A stretch of DNA of 32,000 bases from Promethearchaeota archaeon (GCA_027031765.1 JALVPN010000110.1:60990-92989); one strand, 5' to 3'; shown: positions 6,212 to 15,818, counted from the first letter of the stretch. The notes: generated from the sequence alone by a model not told the origin. A program made the numbers and translations.

Positions 6212-8895
6212 TCCTCTGCGGCACCTGCCCGCCTGCGCCGGAGGTGTTCCAGTGCCGCCTTGAATACGGTGCGGGCATACTGTTCCTCAAGACCACACTT
6301 CCTTGCAAAACGGTCGCGTGCCAGGTCCTCCTTTTCCCGGTCAACCTCCTTGTAGACTATCTGCTCAATTGATGTGTACCCCCTATCAAAGAGGGTCCTT
6401 GCGGCCGACCGTGTGAGCCTCATTGATGTGCCCTCCTTGCCGGGGATTTCGAGGTCCATCAGGTCTGACCTTGCCAGGTCTTTTGAGATGCCGTACTGTA
6501 GCCGTCGACTGAAGACCCTGAACTCCTCCGCAAGGGCTGGTTGTTGACGGCTCGTCATATACTTCGATATATCCCATGCGATGTTGCTACAAATCCTAAC
6601 GAATGCTTCGAGGTCACCGTCGTTCATGTACACGCCACCATATCTCCTCCCCTCCACCTCTATCCGGCCAGCCAGCTCCTGCGCTCTTTCTATCACCTCG
6701 ACCAAGGGCAGTTCGTCAATCCAGTCTTTCAGGATCTGGACCTTGACGGCACGGCGCTGTTCCACAAGTCCACGGTACCACTCGTCTGGTGGACTGAGAC
6801 CGGCCACCTGTACCTCAATATCTAGGGGCATCAGGTTGCTGGGGCGTATTGACTGCGGCAGCCGGAACTGCAGGACGATGTCTATCAACACCGAGTCATC
6901 AACACTACTGGTCAGCCCCTCCAGTATGTTGCGGATTCTTACGAGTTCCATGATGTCGAGGCCCGCCTGCACGGCCGCTGCGGCATCCTCAGCCAATACG
7001 TAGTGACCGTCCTCTTCGACTACCACCTGCTCTTCTACCAGCCATCCAAAGAGCTTGGCAAACATCGAGTCCAGTCTTCGCTTGGCGTCCTTGTCCACGG
7101 AGGCCCAGAAACTTCGGCCCGCTGCACCGAAGAACGCGTCCCGTGCCTCCTGCGCCGTGAACTGTCCTCTCCGGACCGCTCCTCGCATTATCAGGCTTGC
7201 CGCAAGGTTTGGTGGCACTACTGCGGGACGGAGTGGTCTCAGTGGGCCGTGCAGGAGTCTCCGTTCTATCTCCTTTCTGTCCCCCTTTCTTGCCCTGTCG
7301 TCCATGAATACAAGGTATACGCGTCCGCCATGCTCTGCAAGGTGGTATTCTCCGATGCGCCCCGCTATCTGGAGGTATCTTGTCCTGTTAGTGATGTTGT
7401 TAGCAAGGACTCTGTCAAAGAGAATGATGACACAGTCGACTGGAAGGCTAGTGCCCTGTGTGATGCCGGTCGTGGAGACCACGGTTCTGATACGTCCTTT
7501 CCTTGTGTGTTCCTCAAGGCGTCCCCTCACATCTGCCCTCAGGCCTGCATGGTAGAACGCCACGCCCCTCGCTAGGGTCTCACACAGCTTCCGCATCACT
7601 GGCATGGTGGTCTCTCCACCAACTACCGCCTCGACGGTTCTCGGGTCGACCTGGCGTGGGTAACGGGCAGCAAGCCTCTCCGCATACTCTTCCACATTGC
7701 TCCGGGTCCCAACGACGACGAGCACAGTGCTGTTGTTATAGTCGCCCATGTGATGGAGCACGGCTTCTAGTGGGTCGTTGGCCTTCACATGTGCGCTCTG
7801 TGCTGCATCGCTGCTGACTATCTCAATACCACCGTCCGTCCTTGTAACTATGAACTCGTCAGGGAACAGTCTGACACTGGGCCTGAACACCTGGGCGCCG
7901 AGCCACTGTGTCACCTCTTCTGTTGCCCCAAACCTCGACGAGAGCGTGAGGACTCGTGTCCTGTCCTTCAAAAGTGCCACTAGGATGTCGAGCCTGGCAC
8001 TCCTGTCTGTGCCAAGGTTCCGTACAGTGGTCTCTTTCACTGTGGAGTTCAGTTCGGTGAGCTCGTCGATCACTACCAGTCCTAGGTTCTCAGTCCATCT
8101 GCGGTTGCTGAGCACCGCCGACAGTGCAGACTCGATGACGGCGACGACAATGTCTGCACTTTCAAGCTCCTCATCTGTCGGCCGTGACTGGCCGTCATGT
8201 CTGACCACCTTGTACCCCATGTCTTGGAACAGCTGTCCGTACTCGCTGATTACCTGACGGTTCAACGACAGGTACGGTGTTACATAGAGGCACTTCTCCC
8301 CTGCCTGGATGCTCAGGAGGGTCACTATCATTGCAAGGAATGTCTTGCCAGAGCCCGGCGGCATCTGGAGCATCAGGCTCCCACTGACAGTCCCGACCTC
8401 ATCTAGGAACCTGGCCTGTGCAGGGAGGAGCGACACGAAATTCTTCCGCCTGAGGAGCTTTCGTGCTGCCTGTTGGACATCAGTTTCGCCCTTCATGTAG
8501 TCGACAAGGGTGCTGATGGTCATCAGTGCCATCCTCCCCTCACGTGTGATCATGAACTTGCGCTTGTTCTTCGCACGTGGGCCGGCAGCTGCAACATAGC
8601 CCACTTCTACTAGGCGGTTCATGGTCTCGTAGATTGTGCCACCAGCTAGGACTCTCCCATACTTCCTCCTGACATCTGCCCGTCGGAGCTCCCCTTGGGA
8701 GGCCAGTGTTTCGCCCTCTTTGTCGTATTGCTGCATCACGCCTGCAACGATTTCGTGCCATCTCAGTCGCGGGGCAATATCACCGAGCTCTGGGTTCAGT
8801 ACATCGAGGATTTCAATGGCGTAACGGTTGCTCAGTGCCTTCAGCTGGGTCCTGAGCCGCTGGATTTCTTCACGCGTCATCCTCGTGGTGCCCAT
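6175..8895 (-). CDS. Hel308/Ski2-like SF2 helicase paralogue with N-terminal winged-helix domain
   Basis: Walker A MPPGSGKT, Walker B IDELT, GVAFYHAGL, motif VI YLQIAGRIG and a C-terminal RLQYG..IPG..ARTLFDRGY Hel308-like tail. The N-terminal ~150 aa look like a wHTH (LKALSNRYAIEILDVL...TIYETMNRLVEVGYV...FMITREG). Likely ATG at 8895. Confidence 0.85.
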   Translation of the reverse strand: MGTTRMTREEIQRLRTQLKALSNRYAIEILDVLNPELGDIAPRLRWHEIVAGVMQQYDKEGETLASQGELRRADVRRKYGRVLAGGTIYETMNRLVEVGYVAAAGPRAKNKRKFMITREGRMALMTISTLVDYMKGETDVQQAARKLLRRKNFVSLLPAQARFLDEVGTVSGSLMLQMPPGSGKTFLAMIVTLLSIQAGEKCLYVTPYLSLNRQVISEYGQLFQDMGYKVVRHDGQSRPTDEELESADIVVAVIESALSAVLSNRRWTENLGLVVIDELTELNSTVKETTVRNLGTDRSARLDILVALLKDRTRVLTLSSRFGATEEVTQWLGAQVFRPSVRLFPDEFIVTRTDGGIEIVSSDAAQSAHVKANDPLEAVLHHMGDYNNSTVLVVVGTRSNVEEYAERLAARYPRQVDPRTVEAVVGGETTMPVMRKLCETLARGVAFYHAGLRADVRGRLEEHTRKGRIRTVVSTTGITQGTSLPVDCVIILFDRVLANNITNRTRYLQIAGRIGEYHLAEHGGRVYLVFMDDRARKGDRKEIERRLLHGPLRPLRPAVVPPNLAASLIMRGAVRRGQFTAQEARDAFFGAAGRSFWASVDKDAKRRLDSMFAKLFGWLVEEQVVVEEDGHYVLAEDAAAAVQAGLDIMELVRIRNILEGLTSSVDDSVLIDIVLQFRLPQSIRPSNLMPLDIEVQVAGLSPPDEWYRGLVEQRRAVKVQILKDWIDELPLVEVIERAQELAGRIEVEGRRYGGVYMNDGDLEAFVRICSNIAWDISKYMTSRQQPALAEEFRVFSRRLQYGISKDLARSDLMDLEIPGKEGTSMRLTRSAARTLFDRGYTSIEQIVYKEVDREKEDLARDRFARKCGLEEQYARTVFKAALEHLRRRRAGAAEDYFPNSQSGSPM

Positions 8896-9015
8896 CTTTT
8901 TCACTCGCCACTGGTGAGTTGACAGTATGGTGTGCCCGCCTCTTAAACCAGACCCATAATACACGGTCTTTTCTTTTGCGCCAGCGCACTCTACGTGGGT
9001 ACGAGGTGCGTATCT

Positions 9016-9426
9016 GTGCGGTTCTGGAAAAGAGACGAAGAGGAAAAGGCTGAGAGCACTGTGGAGTCTGAAGAGCCGCAGGCCGGGCCGGTCCGCGGGC
9101 TAGGTGTATTTGCACCCGCTGGTGTGACGAGCTGTTATCCTGATGGGGAACACGAGTGTAAGCGGCTGGCAGAGCTTGAGGCCATATTCATCCGCTCGAA
9201 GCGTCTGGAGTCCCTAGACGATGTGCCCTATGTTGTCAATGAGGTGCGGGCGGGTAACATTGTCCTCCTAGACATCAGCGCCCTGAACAACGGACGCGAA
9301 CAGTCACGTCTAGAGCTGAAGCGGATAATTGAGCGTATCCGGGGGGAAACCCGGTGTTTCCGTGCCGACATGGCCCTTGTCAATGACAACTGTGTGATTG
9401 TCACGCCACCTTTTGTGAAGATGTGA
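9016..9426 (+). CDS. sepF: Cell division protein SepF
   Basis: LESLDDVPYVVNEVRAGNIVLLDISAL...LKRIIERIRG...VIVTP SepF core. GTG at 9016 is preceded by GAGGTG. Confidence 0.85.
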   Translation: MRFWKRDEEEKAESTVESEEPQAGPVRGLGVFAPAGVTSCYPDGEHECKRLAELEAIFIRSKRLESLDDVPYVVNEVRAGNIVLLDISALNNGREQSRLELKRIIERIRGETRCFRADMALVNDNCVIVTPPFVKM

Positions 9427-9446
9427 GTCCGGGTCTGTCTGCCAGT

Positions 9447-9461
9447 CCGGGCTTGGCCCGG
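9447..9461. terminator. GC hairpin between convergent sepF and aCPSF1
   Basis: CCGGGC-TTG-GCCCGG, a perfect 6-bp inverted repeat. Function as a terminator is inferred only. Confidence 0.35.
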
Positions 9462-9466
9462 CCGGG

Positions 9467-9580
9467 CACTCACTCCTCACACGAGCTTGATGCTCTCTGT
9501 TACCTCGCGCCCGCGGGCTGTCTACGCGCGCAGGCGCGGCGACACTCACTCCTCACACGAGCTTGATGCTCTCTGTTACC
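9467..9580. repeat. Exact 38-bp direct repeat (9467-9504 and 9543-9580) flanking a 38-bp GC-rich spacer
   Basis: CACTCACTCCTCACACGAGCTTGATGCTCTCTGTTACC occurs twice. Copy 2 contains the last codons and stop of aCPSF1. The spacer is 9505-9542. Confidence 0.95.
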
Positions 9581-11472
9581 ATGAGCGCCTTGGTGTCGAC
9601 GTTCATTGCCTTGTGGATTGTCGACGCCAGGTTCATGCACTTGGTGGCCTCCCCGTGGCACGTGAGAATCCTCTCTGGTACGGGGCTCACTCGTTTCACG
9701 AAGTTGAGTATCTGCTTGCGGTCCGAGTGGCCCGAAAAGCCCTCCACGGTCTCCACCTGCATGTTCACCCTGATGACAATAGTCTGTCCCTCTCTGTTCC
9801 TCATCTGGACCTCTTTCCAGCCCTTCTGAATACGTCGGCCCAGCGTCCCCTCTCCCTGGTACGAGACAAAGATGAGGGTGTTCTTTTCGTCGGTCGCCAT
9901 CAGCTTGAAGTATTCCACGCTCGGCCCACCTGCCAGCATCCCAGAAGTCGCCATGATGATGCACGGCTCGCCGTTCACAATCTCCTCTCTCTGTTCCGGG
10001 CTGTCGACCTGCACGAAGATGTCGCTCAGGAACGGGTTCACGCCCTGATGGAATATCATCTCCCTGATCTTCTTGCTGAGGGACTCTGGGTGTGTGGTGT
10101 GTATTGCAGTGGCCTGTGCTATCATGCCCTCGATGTAGACCGGTACACGGGGCATCCTCTTCTTTGATACGAGGTCCTCGATTACTATCATGAGTTCCTG
10201 TGCCCGCCCGACCGCGAGGACGGGGATGAGCACCTTGCCTCCCTTCTCAAGAGTCCTCTTCACTATCGAGGCGAACTTCCGCTCGACCTCCTGCCTAGGT
10301 GGCATCTTGTCTGTCGGGAGGCCATACGTACTCTCTATGATGAGGGTTTCAAGTCTTGGAAATGTGAAGGTCGCCGGCTCGAGGAGCCGTGTGCGCCCGA
10401 ACTTGAAGTCACCCGTGTATGCCAGGTTGTACTGTCCGTCACCAATGTGTAGGTGCACTATGGCAGACCCGAGGATGTGGCCCGCATTGTGCAGGGTCAG
10501 ACGGACATCGGGGGCAATGTCGGTCACCTCACCATAGTTGAGTGGGATTGTGTGCAGGATGGCCTCCTTGACGTCCTTGTCCCTGTACGGCCTGAGCTTG
10601 CCCTCGCGCTCTGCAACATCAAGGTAGTCGAGCTGTAGGAGGGTTGATAGGTTGAGGGTCGGAGCGGTCATGTATACGGGCCCTTTGTACCCGTACTTGA
10701 ACAGGAACGGCACCATCCCTGAGTGGTCAAGGTGCGCATGGGATACTATTACTGCATCGAGTGACTCTATGCTGAACTCGGGCAGGTCGAGCCGTGGGAA
10801 TGCCCTGCTCGGCGTGCCAACGTTGACACCGCAGTCAATCAGGACGCTGGTCTCCGAGGTCTGGAGGAGCATGCACTGCCTCCCGACTTCCCTGAACCCG
10901 CCAAGTGCAGTGAGCCTGATCCAACCATTGTTGAGGATCATCGGTCTGTGAATGCGTCTGCCAATGCTGCGGAACGTCTTGTTCCGTCTGGCTGCCTCGG
11001 ACTGTATTATGTAACGTATCTGCTTGATGAGCTTGCTCTCGATTGGTGGGGTGCGCATTACAGTCGCCCGCCAGAGGGTCTGACGCGTTATCTCCCTCAG
11101 CGTCGCACCACTCCTCCCGATGACCAGTCCGGGTTTCTGTGCCTCTATTATTACCTCTCCCCTAGAGTCGTCAAAGTCGATGGATGTGATCTCGGCCTCA
11201 GCCGGCACGAGCCTCCGCACTGTTTCGGCGACCTCGTCGTGGGGGCGCCGCACCTCAGGTGCCGAACGCACAACTATCCGCTTGCGCATCTTCCTCGCAA
11301 GCGCCTTTATCCGATCTCCATCATCCAATAGTATCTTCGGTGCTTTGGAGTAGATTGCTATCTCTGGCCCCTCGAACTCTACTGAGGTCACCTCTGCTGA
11401 ACGTGGCAGCGCAGCCAGTACTGCCTCCCTGATGTCAACGTATTCGTTGTTGCTGTTTCGCATTAGAGTCAC
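9553..11472 (-). CDS. fttA: aCPSF1/FttA beta-CASP ribonuclease (KH + MBL + beta-CASP), transcription termination factor
   Basis: N-terminal KH region (VEFEGPEIAIY, KPGLVIGRSG), LGGFREVGR, SHAHLDHSG, YTGDF, ESTYG and GFSGHSD. Conserved position downstream of psmB. ATG at 11463 is an alternative start. Confidence 0.95.
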   Translation of the reverse strand: MTLMRNSNNEYVDIREAVLAALPRSAEVTSVEFEGPEIAIYSKAPKILLDDGDRIKALARKMRKRIVVRSAPEVRRPHDEVAETVRRLVPAEAEITSIDFDDSRGEVIIEAQKPGLVIGRSGATLREITRQTLWRATVMRTPPIESKLIKQIRYIIQSEAARRNKTFRSIGRRIHRPMILNNGWIRLTALGGFREVGRQCMLLQTSETSVLIDCGVNVGTPSRAFPRLDLPEFSIESLDAVIVSHAHLDHSGMVPFLFKYGYKGPVYMTAPTLNLSTLLQLDYLDVAEREGKLRPYRDKDVKEAILHTIPLNYGEVTDIAPDVRLTLHNAGHILGSAIVHLHIGDGQYNLAYTGDFKFGRTRLLEPATFTFPRLETLIIESTYGLPTDKMPPRQEVERKFASIVKRTLEKGGKVLIPVLAVGRAQELMIVIEDLVSKKRMPRVPVYIEGMIAQATAIHTTHPESLSKKIREMIFHQGVNPFLSDIFVQVDSPEQREEIVNGEPCIIMATSGMLAGGPSVEYFKLMATDEKNTLIFVSYQGEGTLGRRIQKGWKEVQMRNREGQTIVIRVNMQVETVEGFSGHSDRKQILNFVKRVSPVPERILTCHGEATKCMNLASTIHKAMNVDTKALMVTESIKLV

Positions 11473-11581
11473 GTCTCAACTATGGGTCTGTGCCTCTTGT
11501 ACTACGCCCCTTCGGGGTGGGCCCGAAGGAGGTCGGCCCCTTCTTGGCCATGGCGCGGGTCGGCCCGCTCTGCCATGCCAC

Positions 11582-12217
11582 TCACTTCTTCCAGATTTTC
11601 ATGATGGTGTCTTTGGATACCTCGGCGTACCCGTCCTTGTCAATGACACTCACGAGAATGGAGTTTCCAGAACCTGCATCCCTCTCAATTGCAGCTGCAA
11701 CCGCGTGGACTGCAAGCTCTATGGCCTTCTTCTTTGGCAGGTCGTCCTTGTACCCGGTTTCCAGCACGCCGAGGGCAACTGGAGAACCAGACCCTGTCGC
11801 TGCGAACTTGTCTGGGAGCACTGAGCCTATGAAGTCTGTATAGTAGATGTGGGCCCCGTCCTCATCGTATCCTCCCACAAGACACTGCAGGAGGTATAGC
11901 CCGCGTCCTTGGAACATGATGTTGCTGAGTAGCCGTGTTAACGCCCTGACGGTAATTGGCTTGTTCCTCTGGATTTCATAGAGCTTTGCCTCCGCCTTGA
12001 GGACATCCATTATCATCTGCGCGTCGGCCACCGAGCCTGCAATCGTAGCACCAATGCGATCCGTAATCTTGTAGATTTTCTTTGCAGTCTTGTTTGCAAT
12101 CAGGTATCCCATTGTCGCCCGTTGGTCGCTTGCTAAGACGACGCAGTCCTTTGCGACCAGCCCCACGGTTGTGGTGCCGGTCTTCAGTTCGGCCGGAGGC
12201 TGCATCTGATGTTCCAT
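11582..12217 (-). CDS. psmB: Proteasome subunit beta
   Basis: Short propeptide followed by KTG|TTTVG, then ASDQRAT and ATGSGS; Ntn-hydrolase Thr1. Confidence 0.96.
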   Translation of the reverse strand: MEHQMQPPAELKTGTTTVGLVAKDCVVLASDQRATMGYLIANKTAKKIYKITDRIGATIAGSVADAQMIMDVLKAEAKLYEIQRNKPITVRALTRLLSNIMFQGRGLYLLQCLVGGYDEDGAHIYYTDFIGSVLPDKFAATGSGSPVALGVLETGYKDDLPKKKAIELAVHAVAAAIERDAGSGNSILVSVIDKDGYAEVSKDTIMKIWKK

Positions 12218-12380
12218 GTCGATAGACTCCGTTCACTTGAGAGGTCGGTCTGGAGAACTAGTCACAACCCCCACCCCGACTCCATATTAAAAGCTTTCCG
12301 CCGAGGAACTCAGGCTGGAGTTGAAACACAGACGTCGGGCCGCGACCGACTTGCACCTCTACGTGCCGTGTCCTCTTGTA

Positions 12381-13211
12381 CTAGTTGGTGCTCTCAGTAC
12401 TGTCGTTCCCCTCGACGTCCTCGTCGGTGCCTGTCTCCTCCTCTTCGTCCTCCGCCAGTCCGCCCGGACGCTCGAAGGTCACCACTAGTCTGACCCTCTT
12501 GGCCTCTTTGTAGAACTGCAAAGTGTCCCGGGCAATTCCAATCTCGGCATACTGCACACCCTCGACATAACGGGTCTCAAGTGGCAGCCCAATTGTCACA
12601 GTGTCATCCTCTATCGAGACGTCCACACGGCTCTCAAGTATGCCCGGAATCCGCCTCTTCACGAACGCACGGATTACGTCCACGGTGTCCTGCAGGATTT
12701 CCCTGACCGTCACCTCAAAGACAAGTGTCTTGCCTGCGAGGGGGCTGTTGAAGTCGACACGGGCACGTCTACCGAGCACCTGCGTTATGACCCCACGCTC
12801 TCCCCCCATCACGACCTCCTCACCACGTGATATCTTTACCCCCATTTTGATGAGCTTTGTCTTGGCAATCATCTTGACCTTCTTTGGGTCATGGGGGCCC
12901 ACACCCCTCTCGGGTGGCACCTCAATGGTCTTCGTCTCGCCCTCCTCCATCCCCACCAGTTCCTCTTCTACCGCCTCTATTAGCCAGTTCCAGCCAACGA
13001 CCACCAGCACAGGCTCGTACCGGTTGCTCTCCTTGAACAGCCCCTCCTGCTTGGCGACCTCCTCTATTGTGAGGTCGAATATGTTTCCGTCATCCTTGGT
13101 CCTGGCCACGTAGTCGACATACACGACACTCCCGTCTTCGACCACGCGTGGCCCACTTGCCGGTGTGTCCTCTGCGGTCTCCTTGGCGGTATCAGGCGTT
13201 TCCTCTGACAT
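12381..13211 (-). CDS. Long-type archaeal FKBP peptidyl-prolyl isomerase (SlyD-like)
   Basis: VVYVDYVART..IFDLT, EEELVGMEEGETKTIEVPPE and VDFNSPLAGKTLVFEVTV. Confidence 0.9.
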   Translation of the reverse strand: MSEETPDTAKETAEDTPASGPRVVEDGSVVYVDYVARTKDDGNIFDLTIEEVAKQEGLFKESNRYEPVLVVVGWNWLIEAVEEELVGMEEGETKTIEVPPERGVGPHDPKKVKMIAKTKLIKMGVKISRGEEVVMGGERGVITQVLGRRARVDFNSPLAGKTLVFEVTVREILQDTVDVIRAFVKRRIPGILESRVDVSIEDDTVTIGLPLETRYVEGVQYAEIGIARDTLQFYKEAKRVRLVVTFERPGGLAEDEEEETGTDEDVEGNDSTESTN

Positions 13212-13257
13212 CTCTCATACCTACTGCTACACGCTCTCTGCGACACGCCCACGGCAC

Positions 13258-13878
13258 TCATAAAACGGTTTCCGTAGCTGCGCCCACATGCCGTCCCCTC
13301 AGGATGCTGATCTTCTCGAAAAAGAGGTGCTCTGTAGCGACTACGTCTACCAGTAGCCCCGCCTCCTTCATGGCGCTGATGACTGCCGCCTGACCGCCCA
13401 GTGATGACACGACGATGTAGGCCTCGCCGCCGGGGGCAAGGTGCTGTGCACAACGGCGCACGAACCGGACTGCGGTCTCTGGCCCCGTGCTACCACCGAC
13501 CAGCGCGTGGTCAAGCGTACTCCTCTCCTCATCGTCCGGCAAGTATGGTGGGTTGAACACGATGACTGAGGCACATATTGGCCGTCGGAAGGCCTCAAGG
13601 AGGTCGCACTGCACGAGATGGCAGTGCCTGTCGAGACCGTGCTCTCTGAGGTTGTGACGGGTGTTCCGTATTGCGAGCACCGATATGTCCGTTGCAATTA
13701 CCTGTCGTGCTATGGTCGCCCCTGCCATTGTGACCAGTCCAGCACCACACCCGACCTCTACGAACAGATCGCATCTGTCGAGTCCTGCAACAGTGTCTAC
13801 CAGCAGGAACGTGTCCTCTGCGGGAGGGTACACGCCATCCATGACTGTGTACTCCGTCCTATCACTGGACCATTTCAT
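13258..13878 (-). CDS. HemK2/PrmC-like N5-glutamine methyltransferase
   Basis: VYPPAEDTFLL, EVGCGAG and VFNPPYL motifs. Confidence 0.9.
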   Translation of the reverse strand: MKWSSDRTEYTVMDGVYPPAEDTFLLVDTVAGLDRCDLFVEVGCGAGLVTMAGATIARQVIATDISVLAIRNTRHNLREHGLDRHCHLVQCDLLEAFRRPICASVIVFNPPYLPDDEERSTLDHALVGGSTGPETAVRFVRRCAQHLAPGGEAYIVVSSLGGQAAVISAMKEAGLLVDVVATEHLFFEKISILRGRHVGAATETVL

Positions 13879-13884
13879 CTGGTG

Positions 13885-14745
13885 TCAGGGCCCCTCTAGC
13901 AGTCCCTCATCTATCATTTTCTGGAGCAGGTCAGCAAGGGCAATCAGGTCTTCCAGTGCGATACACCGTGGTCTGTCTGTTGGCGCAATCCTGTCACCAA
14001 TCTCCTGGAGCACAGTGTCCACAAGCGCACTGTCCAGGCCTGCGTTCTTGAACCATATTGACAGTGCCCGTTTGAAGTGTTTGTTCCGATGGGCATAGAC
14101 ACCACGCACCATCCATGAGAATGTCTTCCTGTCATGTCTGACCTCTCTGTCCACCGGCATCAGGCGCACAACTGTCGAGTCGACCTTCGGCCTCGGATAG
14201 AACGCCTCCGCAGGCACATCGAACAGTCTCTCCACATCTGCAAAGTACCTCGTGTTCACTGTGAGGCGGGAGTACTCGCCAGTACACGGCCTGGCCATGA
14301 GCCGATGTGCGAACTCGCGCTGGTACATGAGCACCGCCTCCTCGAATGAGTAGTTGTTGAGGAGCCTGAACGTAATGTCTGACGATATGCTATATGGCAG
14401 GTTCGAGACCACCTTGTCTGCACGCGGGAGCTCCATCGTCAGCGCGTCCCCATGGATCACCTCCACATTGTCGAGGTCCCGGAGGAGTCCCCTCATCGCT
14501 TGCACGAGCCTGCGGTCTATCTCTATGACGAACACCCGTCGGGCCACGGCAGCAAGTGCCCGGGAGAGTGTCCCGAGCCCGCCTCCAATCTCAAGCACAT
14601 CGTCGTCTCTGTCGAGCCGGGCCTCCACGACAGTCCTCCTGACAACCTGCGGGTTCACAAGAAATGTCTGCCCCTTCTTCCTGTCCGGCCGTATCGAGTA
14701 CCGCCTCAGGACCCTCCTGACCATGTCCTCCGATAAGAAGCTCAC
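13885..14745 (-). CDS. rsmA: 16S rRNA m6,2A dimethyltransferase (KsgA/Dim1)
   Basis: KKGQTFL, VLEIGGGLG, VVSNLPYSIS and FYPRPKVDS. Confidence 0.93.
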   Translation of the reverse strand: MSFLSEDMVRRVLRRYSIRPDRKKGQTFLVNPQVVRRTVVEARLDRDDDVLEIGGGLGTLSRALAAVARRVFVIEIDRRLVQAMRGLLRDLDNVEVIHGDALTMELPRADKVVSNLPYSISSDITFRLLNNYSFEEAVLMYQREFAHRLMARPCTGEYSRLTVNTRYFADVERLFDVPAEAFYPRPKVDSTVVRLMPVDREVRHDRKTFSWMVRGVYAHRNKHFKRALSIWFKNAGLDSALVDTVLQEIGDRIAPTDRPRCIALEDLIALADLLQKMIDEGLLEGP

Positions 14746-15341
14746 CGGCCCTTCTCTCTCTCCTCATTTCGTCGTGGTGGCCTGACAAAGAGCCACCTCT
14801 TCACATCCTCTTGCAGCTCCTCGATGATCCGTGCAGTTATCACTTTCTTCGGGTTCTGTAGCTTTGTCCTCGCAGCAATGTCTGCGAAGCTCTTGAATGG
14901 CTCCTTCTTTCTCTCTTCAAGGAGGGCCCACATGAGGGTCTGTCCGACACCCGGCAGCAGCTGCAAGGAGTGCATCCTTGTAGTTATCGGCTTGGCCTCG
15001 TTGAAGAACTGTACGAACCTGTACTCGTGCTTTGTGACGATTATCTCGACAACGAGCGGCAGTTCCGCAGCGCTCTCCGGTGCAAGTTCGTCGTAGGTTA
15101 TCCTCCGCTTCACGTACTCAATCTTGGACTTGGCGTTCTTGAGCAGTGAGACCCGTTCTTGGGGGTGGAGCTTCGCACCCCGTTTCGGTACGAGTTCTAG
15201 GAGGGTGAAGTTGTCCTCGCCAACGGCTTGGGCCACGGTATCTCCCCGGGGGCGGGTGTCCCTAAGGAACATCTTTGGCTGGATGACCGCCAAGATATAT
15301 GCATGTGTTTCACTCTTGCGTCCTCCGGGGCGTCCTTCCAT
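14742..15341 (-). CDS. DUF655 family putative RNA-binding protein
   Basis: AQAVGEDNFTLLEL and ITTRMHSLQLLPGVG (HhH). Conserved position between rpoF and rsmA. Confidence 0.88.
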   Translation of the reverse strand: MEGRPGGRKSETHAYILAVIQPKMFLRDTRPRGDTVAQAVGEDNFTLLELVPKRGAKLHPQERVSLLKNAKSKIEYVKRRITYDELAPESAAELPLVVEIIVTKHEYRFVQFFNEAKPITTRMHSLQLLPGVGQTLMWALLEERKKEPFKSFADIAARTKLQNPKKVITARIIEELQEDVKRWLFVRPPRRNEEREKGR

Positions 15342-15463
15342 CTCATCACATTCCTAGCCTTGTTGCACCGCATCGTTGCTGAGTTTATCTGCTACGGATA
15401 AAAATAGTTCGGGCCTGAGCACAGACCGGGCACACGATTCCGCGTCCGCCCCGTTATCTGCTA

Positions 15464-15814
15464 TCAGGACCTGCTCTTCTTCACAATCTCCACGATTTCG
15501 GCGAGCTGCTCGTCCGTCAGATTGGTGGTGCGTGCGTCCAGTATTGTGCGCAGTTCCTCAAGTGTGGTGGGTGCTATGTTCGCCACCTGCACGGCCTGTG
15601 CACGCGTGATGCCATATTTCTTGACCAGCCGCTCCACCAGTTTCTTGGACACGGCCGGGGCCATCTTGGAGAATATCGTTGCGTGCTCAAGGGTGATTAG
15701 CTGTTGGAACGACAGCTCACTACCCCTCTCGCGTTCTTCCTTGGCCCGTTGCGAGAGGATTTTCTTCACCTGGGCGAGCGTGACCTCTTCCTGACCGATA
15801 ATCTCCTTAGGCAT
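15464..15814 (-). CDS. rpoF: RNA polymerase subunit F (Rpo4)
   Basis: EEVTLAQVKKIL...LSFQQLITLEHA..FSK...QVANIAPTTLEELRTIL. Follows rpl21e. Confidence 0.9.
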   Translation of the reverse strand: MPKEIIGQEEVTLAQVKKILSQRAKEERERGSELSFQQLITLEHATIFSKMAPAVSKKLVERLVKKYGITRAQAVQVANIAPTTLEELRTILDARTTNLTDEQLAEIVEIVKKSRS

Positions 15815-15818
15815 CGCT

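Noticed and set aside
9467-9580. Calling this a bona fide CRISPR array
   Set aside because: Only two repeats, one repeat is part of a coding sequence, there is no AT-rich leader, no cas genes in the window and no typical repeat termini. Kept as a repeat and a hypothesis.
9487-12236. Long antisense or alternate-frame ORFs over aCPSF1 and psmB (e.g. 9487-10167); likewise 17662-18342 over pus10 and 26461-27171 over sucC
   Set aside because: Shadow ORFs of strongly conserved genes in high-GC sequence, with no motifs.
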